64,000 bases of DNA, taken from the human T2T-CHM13v2.0 reference genome, Homo sapiens. Shown here piece after piece: positions 14,955 to 29,450 of this stretch. Under the pieces are notes generated by a model. The model searched no databases. It saw only the letters and a list, made by a program, of their open reading frames with translations, and had not been told where the DNA came from. The position numbers were made by a program, and so were the translations under genes. The stretch's first letter is position 1. Every line of letters starts with the position of its first letter. Where the stretch lies: NCBI RefSeq assembly GCF_009914755.1, contig NC_060929.1. The stretch is one strand, 5' to 3'.

Positions 14955-16876
14955 AAATTTGTGTTTCAGAAAGGAGACTCTTGTGTTCTAACACGTGTTG
15001 TGAGGGAAGTAAATTAAAAATACTTTGAAAAATCATCCAGAATGAAAATTCATGATAATCTGTAAAAAGGTTAGAGGATTTCAAGGAGGGGCAGATTTAA
15101 AAGTTTGAAGAAGTATTATAGGAACAGAAAAATATATTTTGGATGTGTAAAATTATGATGATGGCAGGATTTCTGCTGTGGATGTCTAGGTAAAATAATG
15201 GTGGCACCATTCAATCACTGAGGCAAAAATTATGAAAACAAGCCCTACTTTCGTGGACGTGTATGCCCCTACATACTCATAATTCTAGTATCTCAGAGAA
15301 GGACTTGATGAAAGATTAACATACCCAGAGAGGGCTGGCTAAGATGAAGTAAGAGCCAGCTGTGTCAAAAGAAGCCTTGGGATCAGTGCCTTGGCTACCG
15401 CCTATGCTCAGTTAAGACCAGGATAGGGAAAACAGGAGGTATTTGAGATGACCACTTGGGTGGCATTTCAGGTGCACCAGAATCATCACTGGAGAGGTCT
15501 TCCATTATCTAAGGTCTCCAATATATCTCCCCCTTGCCACTTTTTTGCATAGGGGTGCAAAATCTACCCACCCTCCCTTTCCTACCTCCTGGGACTTCAT
15601 GCTGAAGGCTTCCCTTTTTAGTTCCTTCTAGTCCAGGACTGCATAGAGACTCTCCAGGTCCAATGGTGGTGGTGGAGGGGCTCTTTCTCCCCTCTAGAAC
15701 CCCAGGTCCTAGTCTTGGGCCTTGCTTTTCCTTAGCAAAGTCCTTTCTTCTGCTGCCTTGGTCCAGGTGTGGTGTTTTGCACATTTGTCCCTCCCCAGAG
15801 CATCATCATCCACAAGAATTTTTTACACATCTGGAGATGTTTCTGGGAAAGAGGACTGGGAGGATATAATCCAGAATTCCAGCCTTTGGTTTTTCTGTTT
15901 AAAGCAAGGTCCTTGTCTCTGACTGTGGTTGCTGAGAGGCATGAGTAAATGCCACAGGCTCAAACAAAACAAAACAAAACAAACTCTTGGTTATTTTTAG
16001 TTTGAGTTAGTACATGATAGAACTGGTCAACAAATCAAAGCGTCTAACCAGAAGCCAAAAATGAACCAAAGATATATGTCTTTTAAAAGTTTCCATGTGT
16101 TTTTATTTGCCATTATTTAAAAGTTGGCACATCTGACAACATGCTAGGAGGAAGTCACTGGATTTCAATGTCTGACACTTTCTTTATACAGGACATGACC
16201 TCTGGAGCCTCTATCACATCCTATATTCTCCCAATACTGGGGCTGGATATCTTCGTCATTTCTTGGTGTTTTTATTTTCTTATATAAATCTTAAAAATTA
16301 TATTTGACAGCACTTCGTATATAATAGATAGTCCAAGTGGGCTACAAGTTTCAAGAAAAATTGGAGTAAGTGTTTTCTCAATGGGAGTGTAGAATATTCC
16401 TACCTGTTTAATGTGCAGAGTGTATCTTTATTGAAAATATGTCGTTGTGAACAAATTTATGGTAAAAACGCTAACTGCACTTCAGAAAAGATATGTGATA
16501 AAAACTTCAATAAAATTGAACAAATAATATTTCAACAGTGTTTATTTTAGAATACAAATGAAATAATGACAATACTGTGAAATAAAATTATTTAATAATT
16601 GAAAACATAAACTCGATACCATAAATTTTAGGTGGGAAATTTAAGAAATATTGTCTACTTAGCAATGTAAGAATTCTTCACAGCAAAGAATTATCTGTCC
16701 CAAACATAAAGAAACAATCCCAAAAATAATCTAACAAGTATTATTGGGGCACTTAGTTTTGCATTTACAGATGAACTTAGAGAAGTTAAGGAAAAAAGAC
16801 AAACAATTTTTGATGCCTCCCCTTTCAGTAATTCTTGTTATCTAATTTTACTAATAGTGTCAGTAAGTATATTATA

Positions 16877-17314
16877 TGTGAAATAGTTTGCTAGGGCTGC
16901 TATAACAAAGTACTTCAAATTGAATGGCTTAAAAAACAGAAATTTACTGTACCACAGTTCTGGAGGCCAAAAGTCTGAAATCAAGGTGTCAGCAGGGCCA
17001 TACTTACTCTGAAGGCATTAGGGAGGGGTCTGTTTCAAATCTCTCTCCTAACTTCTGGTAGTTCCTTGGCTTGTGATAGCATCACCCCAATCTTCACATG
17101 GTGTTCTCTTTGTATGTTTTTCTGTGTCCAAATTTCTCTTTATAAGATCACAAGCCATACTGAATTTGGGTCCTCTCCTACTCCAGTATGACCTCATCTC
17201 AGATTAACTGGTTATATCAGCTGTGACCCTATTTCTAAACAGGGACTAATTCTGAGATACTAGTGGCTAGAACTTCAACATATAAATTTGGAGTACATGA
17301 ACCAACTGGTAACA
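16877..17314 (-). mobile_element. MaLR LTR (MLT1B/C-like)
   Basis: TAGTTTGCTAGGGCTGCTATAACAAAGTAC...CACAGTTCTGGAGGC...AAATCAAGGTGTCAGCAGGG matches the reverse MLT1 consensus. Confidence 0.88.
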
Positions 17315-18030
17315 ATGTGATTGAAGAACGTTTTGATCTAGTGACTCTCATGAGTACGACAAAAGAAACCATTTATGTGTTAAGAAATGGATTGAAAAGT
17401 CAATGTAGGCCAGTCAAAATTAAGAAGCACAACTACAACAGATGGTTACTTGTCATTGGTTGCTATTGTGGTTGGTCTGGTTATTACAATTAAATTCATG
17501 GTTATACACTTTTGAACACAGGTCTCTTTATTGCATTGTTCAGGTATCACTTTTGGGGGTAAGGTATTAAAAATGGAATAAGTAATGGGCACATGGTCAT
17601 TATCATCATGAATCAAATAGTCTTCTATGATGTAAGTCACAGTGAGTTCAAGCCTTTGCTTGGAGAATGTAGTAGTCTGGTGTACTATCGGAAGGTGTGA
17701 TGACAGGGTTGGCATGGTACAACAAAAGATGTTTTAACTGATGAAAGACACCAACCTGTTAATACCATTTGAGAGAAAATGCATGTCTCAGCTCACTAGA
17801 AAAAATTGGATCAAAAACTTGGCTTTTTTTGTTGGCATTATAATTCATCTGAATAAACACTTTGAATAATTCTCTGCAAATGCATTCAAAAGTAGTTACA
17901 CAAATATGTACTTTAATTCATTTGGAAAGGAATAGCATGTCCAAATTTCTACACTGAAACCAGATTCCAGAAATGAGAGTGATGGCCTGAATTACTTTCC
18001 AAACATCAAAGCTTTGAATACCGAACTCCT

Positions 18031-18068
18031 ATCTCTCTCTCTACATATATATATATATATATATATAT
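18031..18068. repeat. (CT)n/(AT)n compound microsatellite
   Basis: Seen directly. Confidence 0.9.
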
Positions 18069-18599
18069 AAAATTTTTAACTTCTATTTTAAATATTATGG
18101 ACATGGACTGACACTTTTCAATTTGCCTTTATGGTTAAAGGATACCAGGATCAGTTGCATCTCAAAGTGAAATATAAGCCATGACAGGGATATTTATTCC
18201 TTTTAAATTTTATATTGTTTTTATTTTGAAATGAAAATACAATATTCAATTAAAACAATTTGTACCCTATGATACATATTTATATGATAGTTTAATTAAA
18301 CTAGGTTTTGTTTACATTTCCAGAAGTTGTTTTTCTTACCCTTGGTGCATTTCAGTTATTTTTGTACAGCAGACCTTCTCCATATATTATAGAAAGTATT
18401 AAAGCACAAGGCTATTACTCAGTTTCAACTTAAATTGTGTGCCAGACTACAATTAACTGATTATGTCAGCTAATATTATATAGTAAATTGTGTCTATCTA
18501 TAAAGGTAAAATAATTATAAACATTTTAGATGTTTTAACATATTTGAAAGAATATTCATTGTAAGAACTTAACCAATTTTTGCCCTATTAAAAAGCATT

Positions 18600-18745
18600 C
18601 ATTCATTCCACATTACTAGGCACTGTTCTTGTTATATACTAAAGTACCGCCATCTTACCAACAAGGAAGTCAAGATTTGAAGTTACTTTCTAAGACCACA
18701 CAGTAAATGATGGACCCAGGATTCCAAAGCTTGTGCTTTCTGACA
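18600..18745 (-). mobile_element. MIR fragment
   Basis: AAGTTACTTTCTAAGACCACACAGTAAATGATGGACCCAGGATTC, reverse MIR core. Confidence 0.6.
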
Positions 18746-18820
18746 TACCACATTATCTCTCTATGTACTTCAATGAGTATATTACTTGTATGCACATTTG
18801 TACTTTTAAGTCTGTTTTGG

Positions 18821-19190
18821 ACCATGGAATACTATGCAGCCATAAAAAGAATGAAATAATGTCCTTTGCAGTAAAAGGGATGCAGCTGGAGGCCATTATC
18901 CTAAGCAAATTAACTTGGGAACAGAAAACTACCACATGTTCTCATTTAAAAGTGTGTGCTAAACATGGGGTACTCATGGACCTAAAGATGGCAACAGTAG
19001 AAACTGGGGACTACTAGGCGGGGAGGTGGGAGGGAGACAAGGGTTGAAAAATTACCTTTTGGGTACTATGCTCAGCACCTGGGTGATGGGATCGTTCATA
19101 CCCCAAGCTTCAGCATCATACAATATATCCAGGTAAAAAACCTGCATTTTACCCCTGATCTAAAATAAAAGTTGGGAAAATAAAATATTA
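18821..19190 (+). mobile_element. L1PB (L1PB4-like) 3' end
   Basis: ACCATGGAATACTATGCAGCCATAAAAAAGAATGAAAT...GGGTACTATGCTCAGCACCTGGGTGATGGGATC...CTAAAATAAAAGTTG. Confidence 0.9.
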
Positions 19191-19299
19191 AAACAATATT
19201 TCTTGTTTTTTATGTATATTATAAAGTTTTGAGAAACAAAAATATGTGAGCTGCTGGAGGAGTGACTTGTCAAATTCTTGTAACAGTTTACTATACCAT

Positions 19300-19490
19300 T
19301 TAAAAGCATAAGAGAATTGGTTTGGAGTCATCCTGTCTTTGTGACTTGAGGAGAGTCACTCAAACTCTCTAAGCCTCAGTTTCTTCTTAAGTTAAAATGA
19401 GCGTAGTCATGGGGTTGTTGTGAAGATTATCTGAGATAATGCATGTTAAAGGAGCCATTTAGTAACACCTAAACATTTTTCATAAATGAT
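19300..19490 (+). mobile_element. MIR
   Basis: Core TGTGACTTGAG...CTCTCTAAGCCTCAGTTTCTTC...GGGTTGTTGTGAAGATTA. Confidence 0.75.
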
Positions 19491-19638
19491 CCCTGTTACA
19501 AATTGTCTGTTATATGTGCTGTAAACATATTCTCTCATTCTGTCTTTTTGTTTTCACTTTCGTAATGGTCTTTTTTTTTGATAAACAACAGCCTCTTAAT
19601 TTTTTAAAAAGACATTTTAAGTATAAAACATATAGAGG

Positions 19639-19925
19639 GGCTGGGCATGGTTGCTCACACCTGTAATCCCAGGTGTGAGGCCAAAGTGGGAATATCGATT
19701 GAGGCCAGGAGTTCAAAATGAGCCTGGGCAAACATAGTGAAACCTCGTCTCTACAAAACAATTAAAAAGCTGTAAGGCATGGTGTTGTGCACCTGTAGTC
19801 TCAGCTACTCTACTTGAGAGGCTGAGAAGGGAGGATCACCTGAGTCCAGGAGTTTGAGGCTGCAGTGAGCTATTGTGCCACTGCACTCCAACCTGGGCAA
19901 CAGAGCAAGAACCTGTGTCAAATAA
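19639..19925 (+). mobile_element. AluJ
   Basis: J diagnostics TTGAGGCCAGGAGTTC, GGCAAACATAGTGA, GAGTTTGAGGCTGCAGTGAGCTAT; degenerate TSD TAA(A/T)ACATA(T/C)AGAG. Confidence 0.93.
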
Positions 19926-20063
19926 ATAATACATACAGAGAAAAGAACACATACGACAACTTTACAGAAACAAAGAGGTTTCTTAAAAGGAACTCACCGT
20001 GTAACTTGCATTTAGATCTAAAAGTAGAATATAATCAGCACCTCAAAGTCTCCCTCATTCCAA

Positions 20064-20315
20064 TTTTTCTTTTTTTAAACGGAGCCTTGCTCACTGCAAC
20101 CTCTGCCTCCCAGGTTCAAGTGATTCTCCTGCCTCAGCCTCCCGAGTAGCTGGACTACAGGCATGCACCACCACGCCCAGCTAATTTTTGTATTTTCAGT
20201 AGAGACGGAGATTCACCATGTTGGCCAGGCTGGGCTCGAACTCCTGACCTCGTGGTCTGTCTGCCTCAGACTCCCAAAGTTCTGGGATTACAGGCCTGAG
20301 CCACTGCACGCAGAA
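20064..20315 (-). mobile_element. AluS with ~40 bp internal deletion in the right arm
   Basis: Sequence jumps from GGAGCCTTGCT to CACTGCAACC; TSD CCCTCATT(C/T)CA at 20052 and 20316. Confidence 0.93.
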
Positions 20316-21414
20316 CCCTCATTTCACTTCTTGCTCTCACTACCCTCAAAAGATAATCATTATCCTGAATCCTAACACCATAAAACAGTTTTATCTGATT
20401 TTAAACTTTATGCAAATGACATCATAATATAGGTACTTATTTTCTGCCTGTATCCTTTCACTCAGTATTTTTGTGTTTCAAACATTTTGAGGCATGTACT
20501 TGTAATTTATTCAGTTTTATTGCTTGATTGTTCACTTCATTACTTTTATTTGTTCATTTTTATTTTATAGAAATTTATATCAATATTATATTTTCTACCC
20601 CCTATATTTTCAAATAACATTTAGGTTGTTTCCAGGTTAGAACTAATATAAATAGTGCTGCTATGAACTTTCTTATACATGTCTGTTGGAGAAATAATGT
20701 GTGAATCTCTCTGGGGCATATACCTATGAGTGTAATTGCCATCTCACAATGTGTGACTATATGCAATTTTATTAGATACTGCTAAACTATTTTCCAAACT
20801 GGTTGTACCAATTTACAATCCTTGAAACTGTGTGTGTATGTTCCAGTTGCTCCTGATTCTTCATTAATATTTGGTAATATTTATATTTTTTATTTTAGTC
20901 ATTTGTGTTAGTACATACTTGTATTTATTTGTGTTATTAGTAGGTAATTATTTGATATTCTATGAAGTTGTTCACCTTCTGTTATATATTGCCTATGTGT
21001 GTGTGTAGTGTGTGTGTGTGTGTGGTGGTTATTAAGGTCCTCAAAAGTTCCCTCATACCTTGTCCCAGTTGATTCCCCCCTACCTCTCTTAGAGGTAACG
21101 ATTCTGATTTTGATCTCCATAGGTTAGTTTTATAGGTTCTTAACCTTGCTCTAAAAAGAATCATGTGGTTTATATATTTGACTTATTTGGCTCAACATAA
21201 GACCCTCGCAATTCTTTCATGTTGATATTTATGAAAAATGTGTTCTTTTTTATTGGTGAGGAGTATCTTAGTATGTCCATTATTTGTCTACCTATTACTT
21301 GTTACCAGTATTTGTTTATCTCCTCACCTATTGATTATAAATTTGTGTTGTTCTCAATTTGTGGCCATTATGTTTACAATAATTTCTTTGTAGGAGTTCT
21401 TTATTGTATCTAGA

Positions 21415-21592
21415 TTAACTCTGTCCAATAGAACTTTATGTGTTGTTCAATATGGTGGCCACTAGTCACATATGATTATTCAGTGCTTGAAATGAGGGTA
21501 GTATGACAGAGGAACTAAATTTTTAATTTTATTTAATTTTATTTAAATTTTAATATAAATTGGTACATGGCTAATGGCTACAGGGACAATAC
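21415..21592 (+). mobile_element. MER3 (hAT-Charlie MITE)
   Basis: CTGTCCAATAGAACTTT...GGCCACTAGTCACAT...TGCTTGAAATG...GAGGAACTAAATTTTTAATTTTATTTAATTTT. Confidence 0.85.
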
Positions 21593-22959
21593 ATGTTTAG
21601 CTTGACATCTTTTTTCTAATATGTGTAATGTAAAAGATTTTTCTCCTAGTTAGTGGCTTGTTTTTTCAAATTAGCAGTGTCTTTTCATGGATAGAGTTTT
21701 AATTTTGGAAAACTCCAGCATTAATATTTGATAATTTTCTATTTGTTGCTACTCTATGGTTGTTAAATTTATTGTTTTTATGCTGACCCTTTTTCTGGGA
21801 GCTACTGCTGAATTCACCTATTTATCTAGTAGATTTTTGTTTTGTTTTGCTTTTTAGGTATTCTTTCAGATTTTCTGTACATACAATCATGTCACCTACA
21901 AATAGATTTAAATCACGGTAGAAAATGTTACTACTCAGGTCTCATCAGGACCTATTGAAATCAAACAAATGTATAATGTAATAAAAGCATTAAAAAGAGA
22001 ACATATATTTCCCTAATTCAGCTACAAGTAGAGTTTGAATTCTGATTTTTAAAATTTACTTGAAAGGATATCAAACCAGTTCATCAAATCCTTTGTGTGT
22101 CATCTAATAGCTGTTTTGTGTCAGTTATTCAAGTCTCTCCCAGTAATAGGTCTCAAAGACACAATACAGAAATGTGCTGAGTTTGTAGAGTCTCAGAATA
22201 AGCCCAAAAGTATGCTCCAAGTGAGTGAAGACCCTTGACATGAGAAGATTATACGAGAACATAATAAAAAGAGCTGTAGCTAGGGCATTTACAAGAGCTA
22301 GACTGACACATTAAATCTCTTGAGGCCCTGAGGAGAAGTGAGAGTATCAGCTAAGAATCTTTCTGGGTTACAGCTTTCTCTCATATAAAGAACATTATTA
22401 AAAGGATATAGAGTTAACAGGTAAATTGGTTTGAATAATTAAGGCTAATATATCTGGATAATTAATTGCTAAATAATGGTACAGACTTCTAGTTTTATAG
22501 AACTCAAATCAGTTCTATTTGTATAGCCTTATATCTGTGAACTCTAAACTTTAAAAGCTGGTAATCTGAGAAATGGATATTTTAAATTTCTTCTTGATAT
22601 TAAATAAATGCCTACATATGCTTATAGTATAAGCTGTAGGGCAGAAACTGAATCCTTTTCCACTTAAACATTATAGCAGATGCTTCTAGAAAGACCATAA
22701 AAATGACTAAAATATATGATGCTGTAATGTCCACTATTAAGCTGCTGCTGATTCTTCAAGTAGTAAACAGTGAAGAATAAGATGTGTAGCTTTTGAAGTG
22801 ACAAGAGCTATATGTAGCCACTGGAGTACTATTTAGAAAATATCTGTTCTGTGTACTACAATATGTTGGTGTGTCCCATAGATTTCCTTTGAAAGCATAT
22901 CAGTGTGGGTATAGTCTGTGAAAAGAGGGGAGAGTGGGGCTGGATCTAGCTGGTGAGGA

Positions 22960-23125
22960 GGCAAAAAGGGCTTTATAGACAATGATGAGGAGAGTGGGCC
23001 TTATTCTACATATAAAGAGAAGCCAAAAAAATGATTTTATTGGTGGAATAACATGACTGAGTTGGATTTGGAGGATGCATCTTTCTGCAATACAGAATCA
23101 ATAATGCAGAGTAGACAAGAGAAGA
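22960..23125 (-). mobile_element. L2 fragment
   Basis: Purine-rich reverse L2-like sequence (GGGCTTTATAGACAATGATGAGGAG...CCTTATTCTA). Confidence 0.45.
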
Positions 23126-24887
23126 AGAATCAAGTTTTAATACAGGGCTGCTGAATTTAACCCTTTGAACAATGCACGACAAACTAGTAGAACTAAATTT
23201 ATTCAGCAGGAGAAAAATCTAATAAAATGCCTGTGGGTTATAAAACTGCAATAATTGCTTAAAGCTAGTTATACCCATAAAATCACTGGTTAAGCTACTG
23301 GGACAAGTTCACTGGAAACTCCTATGGGTGGTGTCCAACTTAAAGAATATTAAAATTAGGAATGATTAAGCCCAATTGAGTTGCTAAATTAATAGCAGTC
23401 TAGTGAGATCTGTAGTAGTAAAATCTTCATCAGGTTAAAAAAAAATTAAAGTTCAAAGGACAATGAAGTTTTGGCAATTCGTTATTTATTTTAGAATATT
23501 AAAGTGGAAGTCTGGGTCTCCAAATGTATTTTATTAAGGTATTTTCATTCTGAATTAATGTTGATTATCATTAATTATGTTAACACACCATTTTCCAAAT
23601 TTTATGTGCTTTATATCATAGTTTTCATATATTATAGTTTCAAAAAATTAAAGGAAAATACCCACCATCTTTAGTACTATATCATGCAAAGGTAACAGAT
23701 TCTATTTTCTTCTCCTAATACTTTTATAACTTTGAATGGCACATTTAAAACCTCCATGCCACCATATCTGAATTTCTAGAATGAAGTGTTTACTCTGGGG
23801 AGTATGATTAGGGTAAAAACAAGAGAGAAATTTTACTTTTACTTTACAACTTTCAGAATTGCTCAAACTTACAAAACAAATATAGCAAACCCCAGCAATA
23901 TTAAAAATTCAGATTGATAATGTGATTTTTTTCTATGGGTTTCCATTAATCATCTGTCCCCTTTCTCAAATAAGAGTGGGCTAAATTTTTAAACTGTTAG
24001 ATGTGGGAAATAGGTACATAGAAAGTGCGTCCAGACGGGAAAACAGCAGGCAGCCCCTTTTGGGGAAGGAAGAAGAAAATGGCAGTTCTCCTTAACCCTC
24101 ATATTCCCTTGGATCAAACTCCAGGGACATAGAAAATGTACACATACTAGCCATAAGGTTTTTAAAAATGATGTTCACTGTGCTAGAAATCACAGAGCCA
24201 CAGGACTTGATTCATCTCCATGTCTTGAATTAAAATGAACAACTGCTAGGTAGTGCAAAGTTGTATTTTGGATCAGGACAGAAATAGTAGGCGCAGGTTG
24301 ACCCTACAAACACCTAGCTGGTTAGTTGTGTTGACTCGTTTTGGTAAACTTGAAATAAAGTAACTCTGCATGTTACACAATTGAGATTTTTGGACTAAAT
24401 TTAACACATTACTGTGGGGGTTTCCTTTAATTATATGATAACCTTTTGTTCAAATGAAGAAATTAGACAAGATGCTATCTATGTTTCTTTCCATTGTTAA
24501 CCCATTTCTGGTTTACTATATAATCTGTGCCCAGATTTTCATTCCTGGCCTATAATAGTTTTGGTTTTTGGTTTTCTTCATGTCCCAAGCATGTTAAAAA
24601 CTGCTGAATTTTATATGAGCTGTCAGATAATCTTTTTTTGACTGGCTAATCCAATTTATTTAATATTTTTAGAAGCTGCTTATAAACAGATATCCTTTAT
24701 ATGAATATTTGATCTATGTTGCATGTATACTTGTATAAGGCATAATTACTTGATGACATTAGAAAGGAAAGTCATCTAACTACCCTCATTCTCGTTCTAT
24801 ATGCACAAAGTAACCTGATTACAATTTGACTTTGCTAATAGATACAAAAAGTTCATTGGCAGCAATGATGAAAATCCAGTTGACTAG

Positions 24888-25227
24888 TATGGTAGATATT
24901 ATGGCCACTCAGCAAAATTTCTTTCTGGACACAGAAAGAATTGTACTTCTCTGCTTCCTTTGATGTTACAAGTGGTCATGTGGCTTGCTTTGGCCAGTGA
25001 AATTTGAGTTGAAGTGATATATGATTTGCATTTAGCTAAGGCAGTTGGGGAAAGTATCTGTTGATATGGAAAGTGCCTTAAGTTTAGAGTGGCCTGGAAT
25101 GCTAGATGCTGCCTTGGAGAGATACCTGGACCATGTTGAAATTTATGTGAGAAATGAACTCTTATGATATACCACTGAGATTTTAGGTACTGATTACAGC
25201 ATACAGGAGCATATCATGACTCATGCA
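24888..25227 (+). mobile_element. Old MaLR LTR (MLT1H/I/J-like)
   Basis: GGTCATGTGGCTTGCTTTGGCCAGTGAAATTTGAG and 3' CCACTGAGATTTTAGG...TGACTCATGCA. Confidence 0.72.
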
Positions 25228-25308
25228 CTTGCAACTTTTTTGATAACATTTTAACACTATCCATTAATACAATGTTACGTTTTTTTGTTTTTAAAAGTGA
25301 GGCCCCTT

Positions 25309-25811
<503 letters not shown>

Positions 25812-27337
25812 TGAGACCCCCGAATTAAAGTGTGATTGTGTTATACAATATACTTCTATATATTTTATATGTTTTATATGAAATGTATAAAATTATATTG
25901 ATTCAGAGAATTTTGGGGGTTATCTTCACCTAAATTTATAATATTTAGTATTTATTTCACTCAGTATATTGGTATTACTTTGTTCTCATATTTCTATTAA
26001 GTACAATTCTCATATTAATATAGCTTTTTTCAAACCAAAGTAACTCCTCACAAGCAATTACTGTATTCTTTTGCAGCAATACACCTATAAAACTAAAGAT
26101 TGGAAACATGATGTTATCTCAGTGTTTTCTTTTCAGTAATGAAGTTTTCCCCAGAGTTTTACTCTTGAGCTTTTGACACTAAACCCGGAAACTGAGCGCT
26201 ATAGCAAATTCTCAATAAGATCATTATCCTACATATAAAGCTACACAGTATTATTACTTTAATATAAACACATATGCTTTTTAGTACTTATCTAGATGGC
26301 TTAATTTAAGTACCCACATATTGCGTGTCTCCTAATTGCACTTTAATATTAAATCCCTACATGGAAAGAATTCACAAAATAATGCTAAAATATGAAGCCT
26401 ATGCACATATGGCATCAGGGCTCTATCTCAGACATTATATTATTGGGCTTAGTTATAGTACATGAAGGAAGACAGAACCTGAGAAAGTTAAAATTTGTGT
26501 AAATTGGAATAGGGGAATTGTGTAAAATAGAATTAGAAAAATATCTAATATGGGGTTCAACACTTTTGTGCCCTTGGGGACTTTGGAAATAGAGCAAAAA
26601 AATGGAACATGGAATATTTGTGAGATTTCACACATTTAGAAGTTTTACATAAAATTAGTGATTCCTTCTTTTCCTTCTGAGTAGAAAGATGATTAAAATC
26701 TGGCTTTCATCTTAACATGATCATCAAACCGAAGACATGAGAATGTTCATATTGATTTGAAAACTTTTTTATTTGTAAAGAGAATCAGGGATGGCTATTG
26801 AGAGCAAGGGGCAGAAACTCACCTTCCGCCTTTCCAGATCTCCTTAGGTCAATGAATGTCTGAGGGCCTAAGTGAAGTAGCTTGTAGTGACAGGGACATA
26901 GAAACTCTCCATGCTTGAAAGCCTTTGTGAAAAGATGGAGTCAGAGAGGCTAAGGTAGGACGAGGGATGAGTCTTTAGGTTTGGCTGAGGAAGTCTGTAT
27001 GAGGTCTTCTTATCAGAGCTCTGGGCACCACTGGAATTGAGGGAGGTAGCACAACAGAGAATGGGTTTAGGGTGGGCTAGTTAGGGCAGCACAAACCCAC
27101 CTCAACTGTTCACAATAGTTCACTAGATTTAGCAAAAATGTTCAGAGGCAGACACAGGAGTCACAGCAAAGGAGAAAGAAGAGGAAACAAAAGGAATCAG
27201 TGACAAACGAGAGGGTAATGTGGACACATATCATCCCATTTAGAGCATTCTATGTGGGAGAGCTGGAAGGAAAGGGATGTATGGTTTACTTGTCCATTAT
27301 TTCAGCACATATCTATTAGAGCCTATTAATGTGGGTT

Positions 27338-27580
27338 TGGAGTAATAGTTAAGAATTTTGGCTCTGAAGCCAGGTTGCCTGGTTTGATATCCCAGAACCA
27401 CTAACCAGCTGTGGGGCCTTGGGGCAAGTTAATTAAGTTTTCTCTGCATCAATCCCCTTATCTATTAAATGATGATAATAAAGTGGTACCTATCCCCTAG
27501 GTTGGTGTGATTATTAAATAACATAAACACACTGCTGGGTATATAATAAGTAGTATGTGCTGCAGGTACTCATACTACTT
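27338..27580 (+). mobile_element. MIR
   Basis: GGCTCTGAAGCCAGGTTGCCTGG...CAGCTGTGGGGCCTTGGGGCAAGTTAATTAA. Confidence 0.8.
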
Positions 27581-28019
27581 TTATTATAAAGGCCACTTCT
27601 CCAGAAGGAAGTAAAACATGAAATGGGTAGATACAAGCCCCTTAGTACAGATCTTTTTTTATCACATGGATGCTATGAATATCAATATTGATCATGTTTC
27701 TATTTTGATTTTGAGTTTGGGAATCTCAGGGAATATTTATTGAAATTGATATATTCTTAATACAATTACTAATTTTAAATTATAATTCTTATATTTCTTC
27801 ACTCTGCATTCTTCATAGATATACTCTTTCTGTTAGATAATTCATTTCTTCAAGCTTCTTAAAAGTATTTTTGGGGAATAACGTCATGTTGGTTTTGGCT
27901 GGTATAGAAGGTTGGTGGTGGTCACAGTGAAAACATACTTATGTATTAGAGACAGAACTTGAGAAAATTAAAAAGCTTTGCCAATCAAGCAAAGGAAACA
28001 AACACAATGGGGTTAAGTG

Positions 28020-28300
28020 CTAGTGAAAATATCTGAAGAGCAGATGGTCATAATGATTTTGGAAAATTATTCTGGCATTATGTTTAAGAAGTATAAAGGG
28101 TAAGGGACTGGAAGCAGAGAGACCAGTTAGGATGTAAAAGACTGGGTCTGAAGTAACAAAAGACTAGTTTATGTAAGTTTCGTAAGAGTAAGGAGAAGGT
28201 GGTAAATATGATGAGATGAAACTGATAGAAGTTGGGAAAAATGATTGAATAATTGAGACAAGGAAATGAGGGTGGTCAAACATGAGACTGAATACTTTTT
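28020..28300 (-). mobile_element. L2 fragment
   Basis: GACTGGAAGCAGAGAGACCAGTTAGGA is a typical reverse L2 motif. Confidence 0.65.
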
Positions 28301-29450
28301 CCAGTAATGAAGACAAGCAGGCATTTTTGGAGAGCTTACTAAAGGCACATCAATGCATTCTCAGCTATGCAGATAATTCTGATTTTAAACTTTGTACTTT
28401 GAGCAATTACAGAGTTAAACAGAGTTCTATGAAATTAATAAGGTCCTTATTATTACCATGTGAGTTCCTCATCTTATGCCTGTGTGAAAACCACAAAAAG
28501 TGGGGAGAATTTGAAGAACATAGGAGAAATCCCCCCAAGGTCTGAAAGACAATATTCATGCCCAGTTGCACTAAACTCATATATTTTTGTATTAGTTTTA
28601 TGTCAAAGAGACTAATAGCATTGGTTTTCAAGCCTCCTTTGGATCTCAGTGAGGTTTCTTCAGCAATTCCTCAAGACCTCTGAAGTGGGACTAGGTTAGG
28701 GCAGAACAGGTAGGGCTCTGGATTGCTAATTGCCTCTTTAGAGCTAAGCCATTCATCTGTTTTATTTTGAGGGGTCTCCACTGTAAGATTCTGTTTGAAA
28801 AAATAGTTCCCTCACTAATAAGAAATGATAGCTTTTTGGTATCTGTAATACTTGCATACAATTTTGTTAACGTTAACTATATAGCAATATCTTTCTTATC
28901 TTCTAGCATGAGTTATTTAGTCTTTATATAAATTTCTGAGTCAAATAACTTCTTTGGATATTGATTTGAATAGTATTTGGATTTGACGGTGTGTAGGGAC
29001 AATTGGATTCAGGCTTCCAGAGCCCAAAGCAAGTGGAAAAGTAAGAGGTCAAACCTTCAAATTCCCCAGGCTTCTGCTCTGGTGAGTTACATATCATGCT
29101 CTGGGCAAGGTCAATTGGCCCATGGCATTTTCATAGACATGATTATTCTGGAAGCATCTCAGGCGTATCTTTATTTTCTCAGGTCTCAAGCCAGTATATC
29201 TTGAAGTACATCATTACTTCATTACAGTTTCTGCAGACATTGCAATGGGAAAATTCAGGAATAAGAGGCATTTTCCTTTGACATTGAGATGGTCAGTCCT
29301 GAGAAAGGTTTTGTCAAGGAAAAACGTTCTGTGGTTGTGAAAACGATGTAGAGTATAGAGACTGGTGTAACATTTCAGCAGATACAATTTTATAGTCTCT
29401 GATAAATACCTCAATGACTTTGAGATAAGAGATTAAAAGAGGTGATATTC

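Larger units (their letters stand above)
19505..21905 (-). mobile_element. Fragmented old L1M/L1ME sequence, interrupted by two Alus and MER3
   Basis: Reverse L1M motifs ACATTTAGGTTGTTTCCAG, GTGCTGCTATGAAC, TTTTCCAAACTGGTTGTACCAATTTACAATCC. Probably more than one insertion. Confidence 0.7.

Noticed and set aside
15400-15930. GC-richer patch with three overlapping ORFs
   Set aside because: Almost no CpG, no convincing splice pair and no recognisable peptide; probably an unclassified old repeat.
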